Under the pieces are notes generated by a model. It did no database searches. It saw only the letters and a list, made by a program, of their open reading frames with translations, and was not told where the DNA came from. A stretch of 64,000 nucleotides of DNA from Vitrella brassicaformis CCMP3155. Its lineage: Eukaryota; Protista; Chromerida. Location of the stretch: contig CDMY01000400.1 of assembly GCA_001179505.1 (NCBI GenBank), forward strand, positions 22,599 to 86,598, read 5' to 3'. Made by a program: the position numbers and the translations under genes. The first letter of the stretch is position 1. Each line of letters starts with the position of its first letter. Shown in pieces: positions 23,296 through 35,734 of this stretch.

Positions 23296-26200
23296 TGTGT
23301 GTGTAGGCATGAGGAGGCGCGTCTGGCGTGTCATGTGAAGGTGCGCGAGTACGTGTGTGCGGATGGATGCGATGCATCCATCTGTGTGAAATTTGTGTGT
23401 ATGTGGTGTGTGCAGATCCGTGCGTTCCACAAGAAGCAGGAGTCTTCTGTGTCTTCCATCACGTCATCCGACTGGTGCCTCTCTAGAGTGCACCCACCCA
23501 CACCGATCCATCCCTCTCTGTTTGTGTGTCCCACCCAACCGTCCGTCCGTCGATTCATCAGGTCTGCGCTGATCACTCTGCTGCCCTTTGGCGGCGTCCA
23601 CATGACCACAGTCGACACACTCGAGGAGAGCGACACGCCGCACGACGACGCTGCTGCCGAGGAAATCGAAAAGGTATGTGTACGTTCGTGGACACCTCCA
23701 TGAGTGTGTGTGTGGCGGGTGTCCACAGGTGTGGAAGGACGTCAAGAGAACGAGCAAGAAGGTACTTACTGTGGGTGTGCATGTGTGGGTGCGGGTGTGG
23801 GTGTGGGTGCTGATGTGCATGTGTGTATCTGTGTGCAGGGTGGCAGGAAGCGCCGCAACAACAATGACATGGACGAAGACGACGAAAGCACACAATGGGT
23901 ATGTTTTTCTTTGTATGTCATGTGTACACACGCGAGAGGGATACACCTGTGGCCATCGTGCGTCCGTCTGTGCACATGTATGTCCACATCCACCCACAGG
24001 CCAAGGGCGAGCTGCCGATAGAGTTGGCGAAAGGTATACAAATCAATGCAACCAATGCACTTGGCACATCGGCGCTACTGATGTTTGTTTCGTATACGTG
24101 CGTGCAGACTGCGAGTACATCCATCTGGCCGAGAAACGTATCCCCACACCCTCCACCCACACACACGCGCACACGCATCCATGTCTCTGTCTGTGCGTGC
24201 AGCCGACGAGCCGATGGAGCACTCAGCCACAGTGGAGCCGGCACGTGCCCCTACACACACACACACACCGCACCACACACCACACACCCGCACACGTGCA
24301 TTTGTGTGCAGGGTTGTCTATCTCCCGGCGTCCACGTGGCCTTCCACCCACACGCATACGAAGACACCGGCGGCATGCTTGCACGTGTCAAACAAGTCTG
24401 TAGGCCACTGTGCACATACACAGAGAGAAAGAAAGAAAGATATACATGGTCGTCTTCGTCTGTGTGTGTGTGTGTGTGTGTATGTGTGCAGGTGGCCGAT
24501 GACGCTACCGCCTTGACGATAGACCGCCTGTACATTTTCCCACGGATGTGCGCCTTCATGCGCACCCACATAGCTGGCAACACACGCGAGGTGACCCATC
24601 ACCCAATCACCCACACAAACAAACGCACAGATGGATGGATGGATGGATGGACGGACGGATGTGTATGCGCGTGTGTGTCTAGGTGTTGTGTCGGAGCATT
24701 GCCGACCGCTCGGTGCTCATTTCCCATGTGTCGCGTGTCGTCAACGTGCAAGAAACCGACCCATGGGGCATCCCTGACACACAAGACGTACGCACGCACA
24801 CACGCTCTTGAACCGATCAACGTGTGTGTGGATGGGTGCACCAGGCGATGGACACCGATGAGGCTGCGGCCGACGAGTACTTCTGCCGATACAAGATTGA
24901 CCGCCTCGCCACTCAAACCATGCACAACGGTACCTTACACCAAGACCCATACACGCACACACACACACACACACAAAATGTTCCGTTGCTCATGTGGGCA
25001 TCTGTGGACGCGTGTGCAGGTCTGGTGACGTACAGCGTGTCGGTGTCGCCGCTAATCGAGTCGCCGAAGCGGCCGCTGTTCGACTACAACCTCTTCGCAC
25101 AGCAGATGGACAAACGGTCGGTAACACCATGCACATGGCCCGGCCATACACCCACACAGAGTGTGTGTGTTGTCTGTGTGGATGTGCATGCGTCAGGTGT
25201 CGCTGGACGGTGGGCGATCTCTTCGCCGGTGGCGGCGCTGCCGCACTGGGCCTCTGGCAGGCCGGCATCCGCACCTCATGGGCCATCGAAAAGGTACGCA
25301 ACCACCCACAAACCCCTCTCTCTCTCCACACACAAAGGAGGGTGTGTGCAGGATTCGGTGGCTCATGCGTTGTTCAAAGCCAACATGAACGAGCGATACG
25401 CACACACAGGAGGAGATGCGGACCTCTCGCCGGCCCCGCCTGCGTGTGATGTGCACGATCTCGACGTGTACGAGGTGCTCAGGGGCATTATCCATGGCAA
25501 AGGTAACACTTGAATGCACACGCGAAGAGAGAGGGAGGGGTGTGTGTATGCCCTATGTGTGTGTGTGGTGTGTGGATGGATGTGAGCAGCTGGGTGCCCC
25601 CTGCCGTATGCGACTCGCGTGTTGGTGGCCACGAGCACATCGCTCAACATGGGCAACGACGGTACACACACACACACACACACACAACGGACATGGACAG
25701 AGAGAGAGAGACATTGATGCAAGTGAATGTGTGTATGTGTGTGGGTGTGTCTGTGTGCAGCATCGCGTCTGCGCGCGCGTCAGAGTGACGTGGTGCATGC
25801 CACCCTCGCCGCGGCCAAGATCCTCCAGCCGGAATATGTGGTGCTTGGTACGTTTGTCTGCTGTATACGTGACACATCCATCCATCCATCCATGCATCCA
25901 TGCATCCATGCGTCTCTTCCCGTGTGAGTGCAGAGTCCCCCCTGTGTGTGCTGTCGTCTTCCGCCGACACGGCCACACTCATGGCCTTCTACAGCCTCGC
26001 CAGCGGCTTCCTGGACGCAGGATACGCATATAATATCCAGGTGCCCACACCGTGTTTGCACACGTCGGTTTGTCCATCCATGGGTGTGCATTTGTGTGTG
26101 CATTCAGGCTGTCCGTGCGTGTGACTATGGGGTGCCCAACACCCGCACCCACCTCATGTGTGTCGCCAGACGAGCCGACGTGACTATGACATCAACGCAA

Positions 26201-28829
26201 GAGCTGTTTCCGAAGCCGATTGACGCACGTACGCACACACACACACACGGCAAGGACGTATCAACACACAGATGTGATGGGTGTTGTGTTGGTCTGTGTG
26301 CGGGTGGGTGGGATGGCCAGGTGTGTGTGTGCGTGAGGCCATCGGGGATCTGCCGTCGATCAGCGGGCCGCTGGCGTGTCACGAAAACGGGGGCTACAGG
26401 ACCTACGCGCGGAAAGGCAAGCGCTCTCGAGACGCCAATTCATGGACTGATGAGTCTGTTTGTACGGGTGTGTGTGTGTGTGAACAGGCACGCTGTGTGT
26501 CTACCAGAAGGACATGCGCGACATCGTCAACAACCGACCACTCAGGAACCATGTAGGCGTGCATGGATTGTGTCCGCACCCACCCACACCCCCACACACA
26601 CACGCATGGGACAGACGCACCTCGTTGACGTGTCATGCAGGTGTTCGTGTCATCGGATGAGCACCATCACCCGTCGCAATCGTCGCAATCGTCGCCGTCG
26701 GCGTGCGAGTGGCAGCAGATCTACACCCACACAAACGTCATCACGATGCACCCCGACCCAAAGCAGAAGAGGCCTCTCACCGTGTAAGCACCCATCCATC
26801 CACCCATCACACAGAGAGAGAGAGAGAGAGAGAGGTGGTCCCCCCCGCATGTGTGTTGTGTTGTGTGTGTGGCAGCCGTGAGTACGGTCGTCTTTGGTCG
26901 TTCCCCGACTCGTTCTTCTTCTCTGCCGGCATCACACAGCACCAGATCAACATCAGTATGCGCACTCACAAAGTGTGGTGTGCGCCGGTTATATACTCTG
27001 TGTGTGTGTGTGTGTGTGTTCAGTTGTGGCATCCACGCCTCCCCTGGTGCTCAAGCACATCGCCATGGCTCTCACTGACGGCGACGTGTATGTGCCCCCC
27101 CCCCCCCCCCCCNNNNNNNNNNNNNNNNNNNNNNNNNNNNNNNNNNNNNNNNNNNNNNNNNNNNNNNNNNNNNNNNNNNNNNNNNNNNNNNNNNNNNNNN
27201 NNNNNNNNNNNNNNNNNNNNNNNNNNNNNNNNNNNNNNNNNNNNNNNNNNNNNNNNNNNNNNNNNNNNNNNNNNNNNNNNNNNNNNNNNNNNNNNNNNNN
27301 NNNNNNNNNNNNNNNNNNNNNNNNNNNNNNNNNNNNNNNNNNNNNNNNNNNNNNNNNNNNNNNNNNNNNNNNNNNNNNNNNNNNNNNNNNNNNNNNNNNN
27401 NNNNNNNNNNNNCCCCCCCCCCCCCCCCACACACACACACACAATGATGCAGAGATGTGTGTGCATGGGTATGGGGCGTCTATCTACGTCGGTGTGTGTG
27501 TGTGCAGGCCTCCCGCGGTAGACGATGCCCACCCCGCCCCACCCGCACCAGCTGCGGCTGTCTGTGTTTGTGTAGCTGACGGCAAGGACGACAAGAAGAG
27601 GGGCGGTGGCAGGAAGAGACCATTGGAGGAAGGTATGTGTCCGCACATCCACAATCCGAATCATTGTATGCCCCTGTTTGTGTGTGTGTGTGTGTGTGTC
27701 CGCCTGTCTGGGCGCACTCAGCCGATGAGAAGAAGGACCATAGGGAGGGGGGTGGCGGCGGCAGTGGCGGTAGCAAGAAGGCAGCGTCGGATAAGAATGA
27801 AGGTCGGTACCCCATACACCGTACACACGCCAAACGGTTCACTCAATGCATATAGGACGGCAATATGGGTGCGTGCAGATGACGTTGATGTTGATGTTGT
27901 TGATGACGACGAGCCCAAGCGGCCAATCAGGGCCAGGAAGAACAACAAGCGCAAGCTGCCCGACAGCGACATAGAGGAGGAGGACGGTACGCACACACGC
28001 ATCAGAGAGAGAAGAGACACATGTGTTTTCATTCCTGCAGATGAGCACGAGAAGAAGGAGGCGGAGAAGGACAGCGAGAAGAAGAAGGACAAGGACAAGG
28101 AGACACCCGTGGCCGCCGCTGCTGCAGCAGCTGCTGCTGCACCCGTCCCTGCTGCTGCTGGTGCTGCTTCTGCTGCTGCATCGGGGTGAGTACCACATTG
28201 GTGTCCAAATGCAGCACCATCTGTGTGCACGTCATGGATGGATGGATGAGTGCAGGTCAGCTGCCGATGGCGATGACGGCGTCCATGATGAGGACGGGTT
28301 GAGGATGTACGTGGACATCGTCCCGGACGGCCAACGCCACGGCGGCCATCAAGACCAAGCAAAGGAGGAAGAGGCAGCTGACAGCACACAGGACAAGAAG
28401 GACAACAAGGGCAAAGACACACAGAAGGTACCCACCCACCCCCACAGAGACACGTGCCCCATCCGTACTTGTTCGTGCCTTTTTGTGTGCCGCATTCACA
28501 CATAGGCCGACAGCAAGAAGGTCTCTCCCAAGCCGAAAGCCAAGTCGGCCCCGAAGGCCAAGCCGCAGGCTGAGGCCAAGAAGAAGACCTCGGGCACCAA
28601 ACCGGACGCCAAGCGGCAGAAAAAGGAGAAGGAGGAGAGAGAGGGAGACCACAAACGGGGTGAGTGCTGCGCCCCACATGAGATGCGTGTATTGACGGCG
28701 GACACATGTTTGCCTTTGCGTGTGGTGTGTGTTGGGCGGGTGGATGCGCTGTGCATGTGTTGTGTTGTGTTGTGTGTGTGATCAGGCCAGGTGCAGAGCA
28801 GCATCACGCAGTTCTTCGGCAAGAAGTAG
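10199..28829 (+). CDS. Giant multi-exon protein: NOV/sacsin-like GHKL ATPase - FN3 x2 - BAH - degenerate C5 cytosine methyltransferase - low-complexity tail - PIP box
   Basis: Short exons separated by ~50-150 nt GT-AG introns run across 18.6 kb with no intergenic-looking break. Phases were traced by hand over about 10.2-14.0, 17.8-19.0, 21.2-27.1 and 28.5-28.8 kb; not every junction was verified, and three gaps interrupt the gene. Ends GQVQSSITQFFGKK* at 28829. Confidence 0.65.
10414..14023 (+). other. NOV/sacsin-type GHKL (HATPase_c) module of the giant gene
   Basis: Motifs: EQHIDAMR...IYSENDHCVEELIQN; CYNERGFRWQDVESICFIGESTK; FVGEKGQGFKAVF; LQPECFLFLDK; GLPALVNADWRLASNRETLESGSGAWN. These match the family pattern ELIQN / NExGF..DVE.IC..G.STK / GEKGxGFKxVF / P..LLFL / ADF.L.SSRE...WN. 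Confidence 0.85.
11247..12618 (+). repeat. Exact 689-bp tandem duplication between two gaps (probable assembly artefact)
   Basis: 11247-11935 is repeated from 11936, and ORFs recur at +689. Reading both copies would join a phase-2 donor to a phase-0 exon. Confidence 0.85.
22006..23480 (+). other. Two tandem fibronectin type III-like domains in the giant gene
   Basis: Spliced translations FEVSWTDCPGADKYMLQ...LEHLHLYELFVTA and TIKLAWDRVEGAEGYDVYV...KTSITLDEL...VKIRAF...SDWS show the FN3 W, Y and LxxxxxYxxxVxA pattern. Confidence 0.55.
24312..24928 (+). other. BAH domain in the giant gene
   Basis: PGVHVAFHP...LARVKQVADD...IDRLYIFP...TREVLCRS...V..SHVSRVVNV...DEYFCRYKID, placed directly before the methyltransferase fold as in DNMT1. 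Confidence 0.6.
25197..27085 (+). other. C5 DNA-cytosine methyltransferase fold with degenerate catalytic motifs
   Basis: Motif I DLFAGGG; motif II/III WAIEKDSVA..LFKAN; motif IV region LPYATRVLVATSTSLN (no PC); motif VI QPEYVVLESP; motif VIII DYGVPNTRTH; REAIGDLP; motif IX RPLTVREYGRLWSFPD; motif X IIVASTPP. Confidence 0.85.
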
Positions 28830-29416
28830 ACAGATGGCTGGCGGCGGACACGGACAGACAAGTAGATAGTTGTTGGCGTTTTCCATCCCACCCACTCCAT
28901 TCCACCTCATGGCTGCGCTGCCCGTCGATGTGCATATGTGAATGCAGGCAGACGTTTGTGTGTGTAGGTATCCAGCATTCCTTTTGTGCATAATTCGTTC
29001 GTATGTGAGAGATTCGGTCACTCACTCAGCACACAGACGTGTACGTGGATGTATGCGTCGAGCTCACGACTATGACTAAAACTGCATAGGGTGACGATGT
29101 GCGCTCCTTTTTGCGCGTCAACAGCGTGTGTGATTGATTGATTGCTTGATTGATTCCGAGCATGCATGACACGTGTGAATGAGACATGGCAGGTCACGGC
29201 ACAGCCCGTGATAAAGCGACCTATTAGGATGTGTGTCCCTCCCTCTCCCTCCCTCCCTCCCTCCCTCCTAGCTCTGTCTACACAGCAGCCAGCCATCCAC
29301 ACAGGCACACGATTAGACACACACAGACACACGCACGCAGTAACTAAGTCACCCTCACATAAACCAACAAGGACAGCCCCCCCAGTATCAGCAGCAGCAA
29401 GTAGGTGAACATCACC

Positions 29417-30108
29417 TCAGACCACAGTCCTGAAGGCAGCCAGCAGCTTCTTGCCCTCATCCCTGCCCACACTACTGCTACTCCAACGGGCCAGCAGTAT
29501 ACTGCTGGTCAGCTGCGACTCGGTGATGAACACCGTGTTCGCCACCAGGGGGATAAGACAGAGAAGCCCGAGCCAAGTCGCTAAGTCCCAGACCAGTGGA
29601 AGAGTCCACACCAAATAGTGAGCCCAAGCGATGACAGATACAGCACAGATCAAGTGGGTCAACACGGCGCGGCGTTTGGCGTCGTCCAAGAGAGGTGAGA
29701 CCACCCCAAAGGCAGCAGAAAGCCGTGTGAGGAACGCCACAGAGGCTGGGAAGAAGAAGGCCCAGGTCAGGCAGGCCCAGGCCCAGACGGACCGAGGGAT
29801 GAGGCCAGCGAGGAAGAGGAAAGGGACCAGGAACCACACGTGATGCAGCAACAGCGACACGTAGAAATCGATCCTACAGAACTGCATAAACGAAAGCAAA
29901 GACACAGAGAGGAAGGAGTCCGATTGGCACCCACCACCCCGGCTGTGCTTTCTTCACCCGATCTCACCCTCTCGATCTTGGGTTGCGCCTCGCGTGCTAG
30001 CGTGGCTCGTGTGGCCCTGCGCAGTGGTCCTGCCGCAACCTCGCGAGGTCCTCGTTCCGCCGTAGGCTGAGAAGCCGGACGCCATGGTGGAAGCACCAGG
30101 TAAGGCAT
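29417..30108 (-). CDS. Hypothetical multi-pass membrane protein (5' end uncertain)
   Basis: Exon 29887-29417 encodes about four hydrophobic segments (FYVSLLLHHVWFLVPFLFLAGL...). An upstream exon ending AQPKIER|gtgaga joins in phase 0. Confidence 0.45.
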
Positions 30109-30395
30109 CGAACGGCCAAGAGGAAACGGAAACAGGAGAGATCTCGCCCAGCTCGAGGTCCAATCCCACGGGCTTCACGGTCGCATCCTCAGAGAGATCA
30201 CCAGGTAGATCTTCTATGGGAATCGAAGGATTGCCAAGCACGCGAACAGCCATGATCGTCCAGACCTCCTTGCCCGGAAAGGGAAGGAGAGGAAGGAGAA
30301 AGGTGCTGAGCTCGTCAGCAGCCTTAGGACTTTCCGTGAAACCGTGCTCAGGCGCTAAGCTCGCAGTGAAATTGGAAGCTTGAGCCGAGACACCA

Positions 30396-31195
30396 ATGGT
30401 AAGAACACACCCCCCACTCCAGAGCAGCAGGCAGCCAGCTGCAGGAAGAAACACGAAAACAGGCGGCACAGATCAGATCTGACAAACGAGGCAGTTGCAG
30501 GCAGGAGGAGTCCCGCCGAGGCAGTCTGCCAGTGTCGCTTCCCTCACACGCTTCACGACACACCACGCACACACACACCACTCACGCACGGGTGTTTGAT
30601 GGTCACCTGCCCTCCCCCTCTCACTCCATCCGCTGTGCTCTCTCTGTGCGTGTGTGGTTCAGGTTGGCAAGACCAAGGCGCACGAGTTGCGCAACTCGAG
30701 CGAGAAGGAGCTTTTGAAGAAGCTCGAGGAGTACCAGAATGAGCTCGCCTCTCTCAGGGTCGCCAAGGTCACTGGAGGTGCCGCTTCGAAACTCGCCAAG
30801 ATCAAGGTACACAACACACGCACACCCAGTCAGTACGGAAGGAAGGAGGCGTGTATGCGTCTATGCGTGTGTGTGTGGTGCAGATCGTGCGCAAGTCGAT
30901 TGCGCGGATCCTGACGGTGTACAATCAGAAGCGGAAGGAGGAGGCGCGCAAGGAGTGGGACAAGAAGAAGTACAAGCCCATCGACATCAGGCAGAAGAAG
31001 ACGCGCGCCAAGAGACGGAAAATCCCTGCCGGATTCGCTAAACCAACCGTCAAGTGAGTGGTCGACACAACACAGCCATGGTTGTGCCCGCCTCATGTGC
31101 TCTTGGTGTGTTGCATTTCGTGTGCGTGTGTGTCCTGCAGGGAGACCAAGAAGCAGATGAACATCAAGACTCGCCGCTATGCTGTCAAGGCATGA
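30396..31195 (+). CDS. RPL35: 60S ribosomal protein L35 (uL29)
   Basis: ATG-only first exon (30396-30398), then [10 protein letters not shown]...[18 protein letters not shown]|[16 protein letters not shown]...[14 protein letters not shown]|[17 protein letters not shown]. Confidence 0.95.
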
Positions 31196-33530
31196 GCCGT
31201 CTCTGAGTGGTGCTTGCAGAGAATGCATGTGGGCGGCTCTCATGTGCGGACGGTTTGGCGACCTCTTGTTGGGTGGCGATGTGACGACACTTGCGTGGTC
31301 GGTGTGATGTGATGTGAAGGGCTGACATCTCCTGCATGCGCACGCACGCACTCCCAGACACCGAAAAGCGATTTCACGGTGCCAATCAGTCATGGGAGTC
31401 CATCACACATACATGCACACGCACGTTCACATTCATGCACAACAAACTCATGACATGCAAGGCAGCTACAGTCATCACGCAGCACACACATGTGTCTGCG
31501 ACCCCTTCGTTCGTTCGCCAACCACCGCCCGCCCACTCATCTGTACACACACGGGCACTCTCTCGCTCAAGGTAGTGCATGTGAAACGCACCACGGTCGA
31601 CTGAAAACGGTAGATTCGCCGTCTCGACACCGAGGCCAAGTGGTTGAAAGGCAGAGTCCCCTGCCCATCAAACACTCGGCCTCCGGCTCGACACGCAAAA
31701 CCCACCAGCCATCAGCCACCCATCAGAACGACAGTCCATCAGAAGGAGAGGGAGGAAAAAGCGTTCGCAGGACCATACCTCAGCCCGTCAGCACCCAGCC
31801 AGCCGTATGCACAAATGACTCTCTCGCTCTCTCGCTCTCTTCTGTCGCCACCCAACCCAATGAAAGACGGCAGGAAACACTCGACTCACTCGGTGTATCG
31901 TGCCCTCATGAATGCGGCTGCTCCCCGTGTCTCATGCTCTCACCGCACACGACCTCAGCCACGCCAGCGCGCATTGGCTCGACCAAGGACATGTACTACC
32001 AAGATCTGAGTCACAGGCAGCAGTCGCACCGAGCCTCCATGGGACAAACAAGACGAGATGATCATGCAGTTGCATCAGCAGCAGCGGTAGTGAAAGGGAG
32101 AGGGGAGATAGCCAGTTGCAGGCAGGCAGGCAGGCCCTCCCTGGTGAGGTGAAACATAACCAACATCGGAACAATTTCACCATTCATGCGCGTGCAAAAA
32201 TGCGCCCTTCATGTGATGTCAAAACTGACCCACCCAGCCATTCCCCTCTCCCATACGACGATACCCACACGCACACTCTCCCACTCATATAACTCATGGA
32301 TTGGTGCGTTGAGAGAGGCGGGCCTGCTGTCTGTCTGCCTGCCTGTCTGGTCGTGTCTGTCTGGAAGTGCATCAGGTTTCAGGTAACGGGTGGTAGTGGT
32401 AGGAGTGTGTTGATCGGGTAGCAAAAACACGTCCGCCGGATGCTTGAGGTGAGCTTATCACAGTCGCCGCGCCAACCCACGCCACGCAGTCTCTATCTCT
32501 CTCTCCCATCCCCTGCACCTGGCCTTCTGTACATTATACGCTTGTATACACACACAGACAGACACTCAGTCAGACAGACAGACAGACTGACCAACACGCG
32601 ACACAACGCAGACCCAGACGCACACAGCAGACAGGCCGATGGAGCGAACGAAGGAAGGAGCCATCACACCTTCAAAAATCCNNNNNNNNNNNNNNNNNNN
32701 NNNNNNNNNNNNNNNNNNNNNNNNNNNNNNNNNNNNNNNNNNNNNNNNNNNNNNNNNNNNNNNNNNNNNNNNNNNNNNNNNNNNNNNNNNNNNNNNNNNN
32801 NNNNNNNNNNNNNNNNNNNNNNNNNNNNNNNNNNNNNNNNNNNNNNNNNNNNNNNNNNNNNNNNNNNNNNNNNNNNNNNNNNNNNNNNNNNNNNNNNNNN
32901 NNNNNNNNNNNNNNNNNNNNNNNNNNNNNNNNNNNNNNNNNNNNNNNNNNNNNNNNNNNNNNNNNNNNNNNNNNNNNNNNNAACACACAAGACACACATG
33001 AATTGCATCCCAATCGTCAAAAACTCATGTAGCACGCATCCGTGACATCCATCCATCCAGCAGCTACTCATGGCACAAGTGAACGAAATCAGAGAGAGGA
33101 GGGAAGCCGAATTCCTGTCTGAACGTTCGTGCGTGTGTCTCCCTTCCTGCCCATTCCCCGCAACTGCATAAAGGCCGTTTGTGTGCCTGTCTGATCGGCC
33201 GCTTGACGACCGACCGATGGTGAATGAAAATGGCCGTCATGATGGTGGTGAAAACACATCACACACACACGGACACACGAAGAACCTCTCTCACACTCAC
33301 TCTCTCACGTACGCAGGTCGGTCACTTTGTGAGCGGGGCCCTTCTCCCCCTCTCTGTCTCTCACTGCACTACACACATGCAACAAAATGCACGCACCGCT
33401 CACACGCACGTCGTGACACGATAGAGACAAAGAAAATGCATTACATACGACAACGGTGTGTACGGTATGGAATAAAGAAAACTCTCCCATGCAGGCAGCC
33501 GTGTATGAGCGAGTGTAGTCGGTTAGCTAG

Positions 33531-35360
33531 TTAGTGTCCGGGCGGGAAGGGGTTGGGGTCGTTCCTCTGCATGCCCGCAAACGTGTGGTTGACCTCACGG
33601 TGGTGGGACTCGTCAGCTGCAACGGCACCCAAAACACCCCCCAAAACAGCCATCCATCCAATCTGTCTGTCTGTCTGTCTGCGCGTCCCCGCCTGTCTGC
33701 CTGTGTGCGGTTTTACCTCTGATGGCGAGCCAGACGTCGCGGAGCATGGCCTTCTTGCCCAGCTGCCAGTACGCGCGCGCCACGGGTGGTGCGGGCATGT
33801 GTGTGAAGAGGGGCAGCTTCCCCTTGTCCATCTCTTCTATCAGGTGCGTGTACGTCTTGACGGCCTCCTCCTCAAGATATCCCACAAACCTGACACACCA
33901 ACGCCACACACACACGTGCGTGGGGGGGTATGGGTAGATGAGATGAGTGAGAAGGTGTCTGAGTCTAGTCTCCATCTCTCTGAGGCATCCCTCCGTACCT
34001 GTGTGCGAATCTGGGTGAGAGGAGGTATGAGCATGTGAAGAATGCGAGGAAGACGCCCTGTGCGAAGAGCACGGTGGACCGGAAGATGGGGCCGGGCTTG
34101 CGCAGCACCAACGCCGTCATCAGATGCATCCGCTCGTTCTCGGCCTCTGAAGAAGCAGACAGATACCGTACACAGTGGTGGATGGTGTGAGAGAGTGGCT
34201 GTGTGGTTGTCTCACAAACCTTCGAGCAGTGTGTGGATCCATCCGTAGTCCCTCTCCATGCGGCGGAGGGAGTTGAGGTGACGCACCATCGCACCCACCA
34301 TGCCTGGCACATACACACACCAACGACGCAGATGAGTGTTCCATGCTCTGTGTGTGCGTGTGTGCGTGTCGAGGACTCACCAGGAACGCCTGCGACGGTC
34401 TCGAGGAAGACGACCCGGTTGAGCCATCCCTTCTCGTCAACCAAACCAAACTTGTAACCTGCAAACACGCACATCAAACGAATGCAGGTCGAGGGTATTC
34501 TGGTTGGTGTGTGGGTCACTCTCTCTCTCACCCGATGCGGTGTCGAAGACGAATCTGAGTGCCGACACGGACGCAAAGGCCATCCGGTCGGTAATGTTCA
34601 GTGGCTTGTAATGGGTTATCCTGACAACGCAACACAACACAGCACACAAACCGCACAATCAACACGCGGCCTTACGTGCGTAGCCAGGTGTGTGTTGAGC
34701 TCACGAGACAGTGTTTGCGGAGTTTTCGTCCCAGATGGGGTGTGGCAGCGAGTAGGACGCCTTCTGCTGTCTCTGCTCCTCAACCACCTCACCGGTCAAC
34801 GGATGCGCCTGCAGGGGGACGCCAAGAAACACAGATGCACATCCACAGGTCGCTCTCCACGTGTGCGTTCTGTGGTGAGAGCTATGTGCTTACCAGAGCG
34901 TCCTTCCTGAAGTGCGGCGTGTCCGCCGCACCCTCTGCGATGCGCTCTGCAGCACGCTCAGCAGCTGCCAACGACACAAGACACACAACAGACAGACACA
35001 CACACGTACAGCCAACCTTCTGACTTGCTTCTCTCGAGACCTCCCTCCCCCCTCTCTCCGTGTCGCCCTTGGTGTGTGCCTGCCTGAGGTACCAGGTGAG
35101 CTGCGGTGGAGCTGGTGCTCGTGTCCCTCGCTGTCCTTGAGCATCTCGCCCCTCCCGCTGTGCTCCCCGCCCAGCACACCAGTGCTGGCCGTCCTCACCC
35201 TACCCACCACCAGAGGGCTCGCCCGCACAGCCTGGGAGCCCGTCTGACGCACCAGGGACGACGCAGCCATGCTCTGAAGACGCACGAGGGCCGCTGCCGA
35301 CATGTGAGTGCCCATCTGCCCGCCGAGCGAGAGGGCGACGCGAGACGAAGTTGCCAGCAT
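33531..35360 (-). CDS. AOX: Mitochondrial alternative oxidase
   Basis: Transit-peptide-like N-terminus; [44 protein letters not shown] and [13 protein letters not shown], so all di-iron motifs are present. Confidence 0.96.
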
Positions 35361-35734
35361 CACAATAGGTGAGAGGATGAGGTGTTAACGATTTGTTTTC
35401 TCCAATCACGGGGACACCGTCAAGTGCGCGAAGGTTTCGCGGAGAAGCTCGCGTCCCGCTTCCCCTTCCTTTGCGTTTTACCGGTGCTTCGCGTCAGTGT
35501 AAGGTGCGTCGTGAGAGAAGCTGGGAAGTCCTCTTTGTTCCCTCTTTCCTCCGTTGAGAGAGCCCGACTGATTGAAGGTCGGTATGACAGAGAGGGAAGG
35601 GAATGGGATTGGGAGGATAGGCAGGGAGGAAGAGCACTGGCACATGAAACCAAATTAGCGGTTGATCATTCCCTGTTGTGCTGGATTCCGCCTGATCTCG
35701 TCCTGCGTGTGTGCTGTGTGTTGTGGCCCAGAGC

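Noticed and set aside
25590-25661. GAPCR in an alternative frame as the catalytic PC motif
   Set aside because: Both flanking exons require phase 1; the GAPC frame would put motif VI (QPEYVVLE) out of frame. Treated as coincidence unless RNA-seq shows other junctions.
30399-30662. snoRNA in the relatively long first intron of RPL35
   Set aside because: No RUGAUGA C box or convincing H/ACA hairpin pair seen by eye; a snoRNA scan could revisit this.
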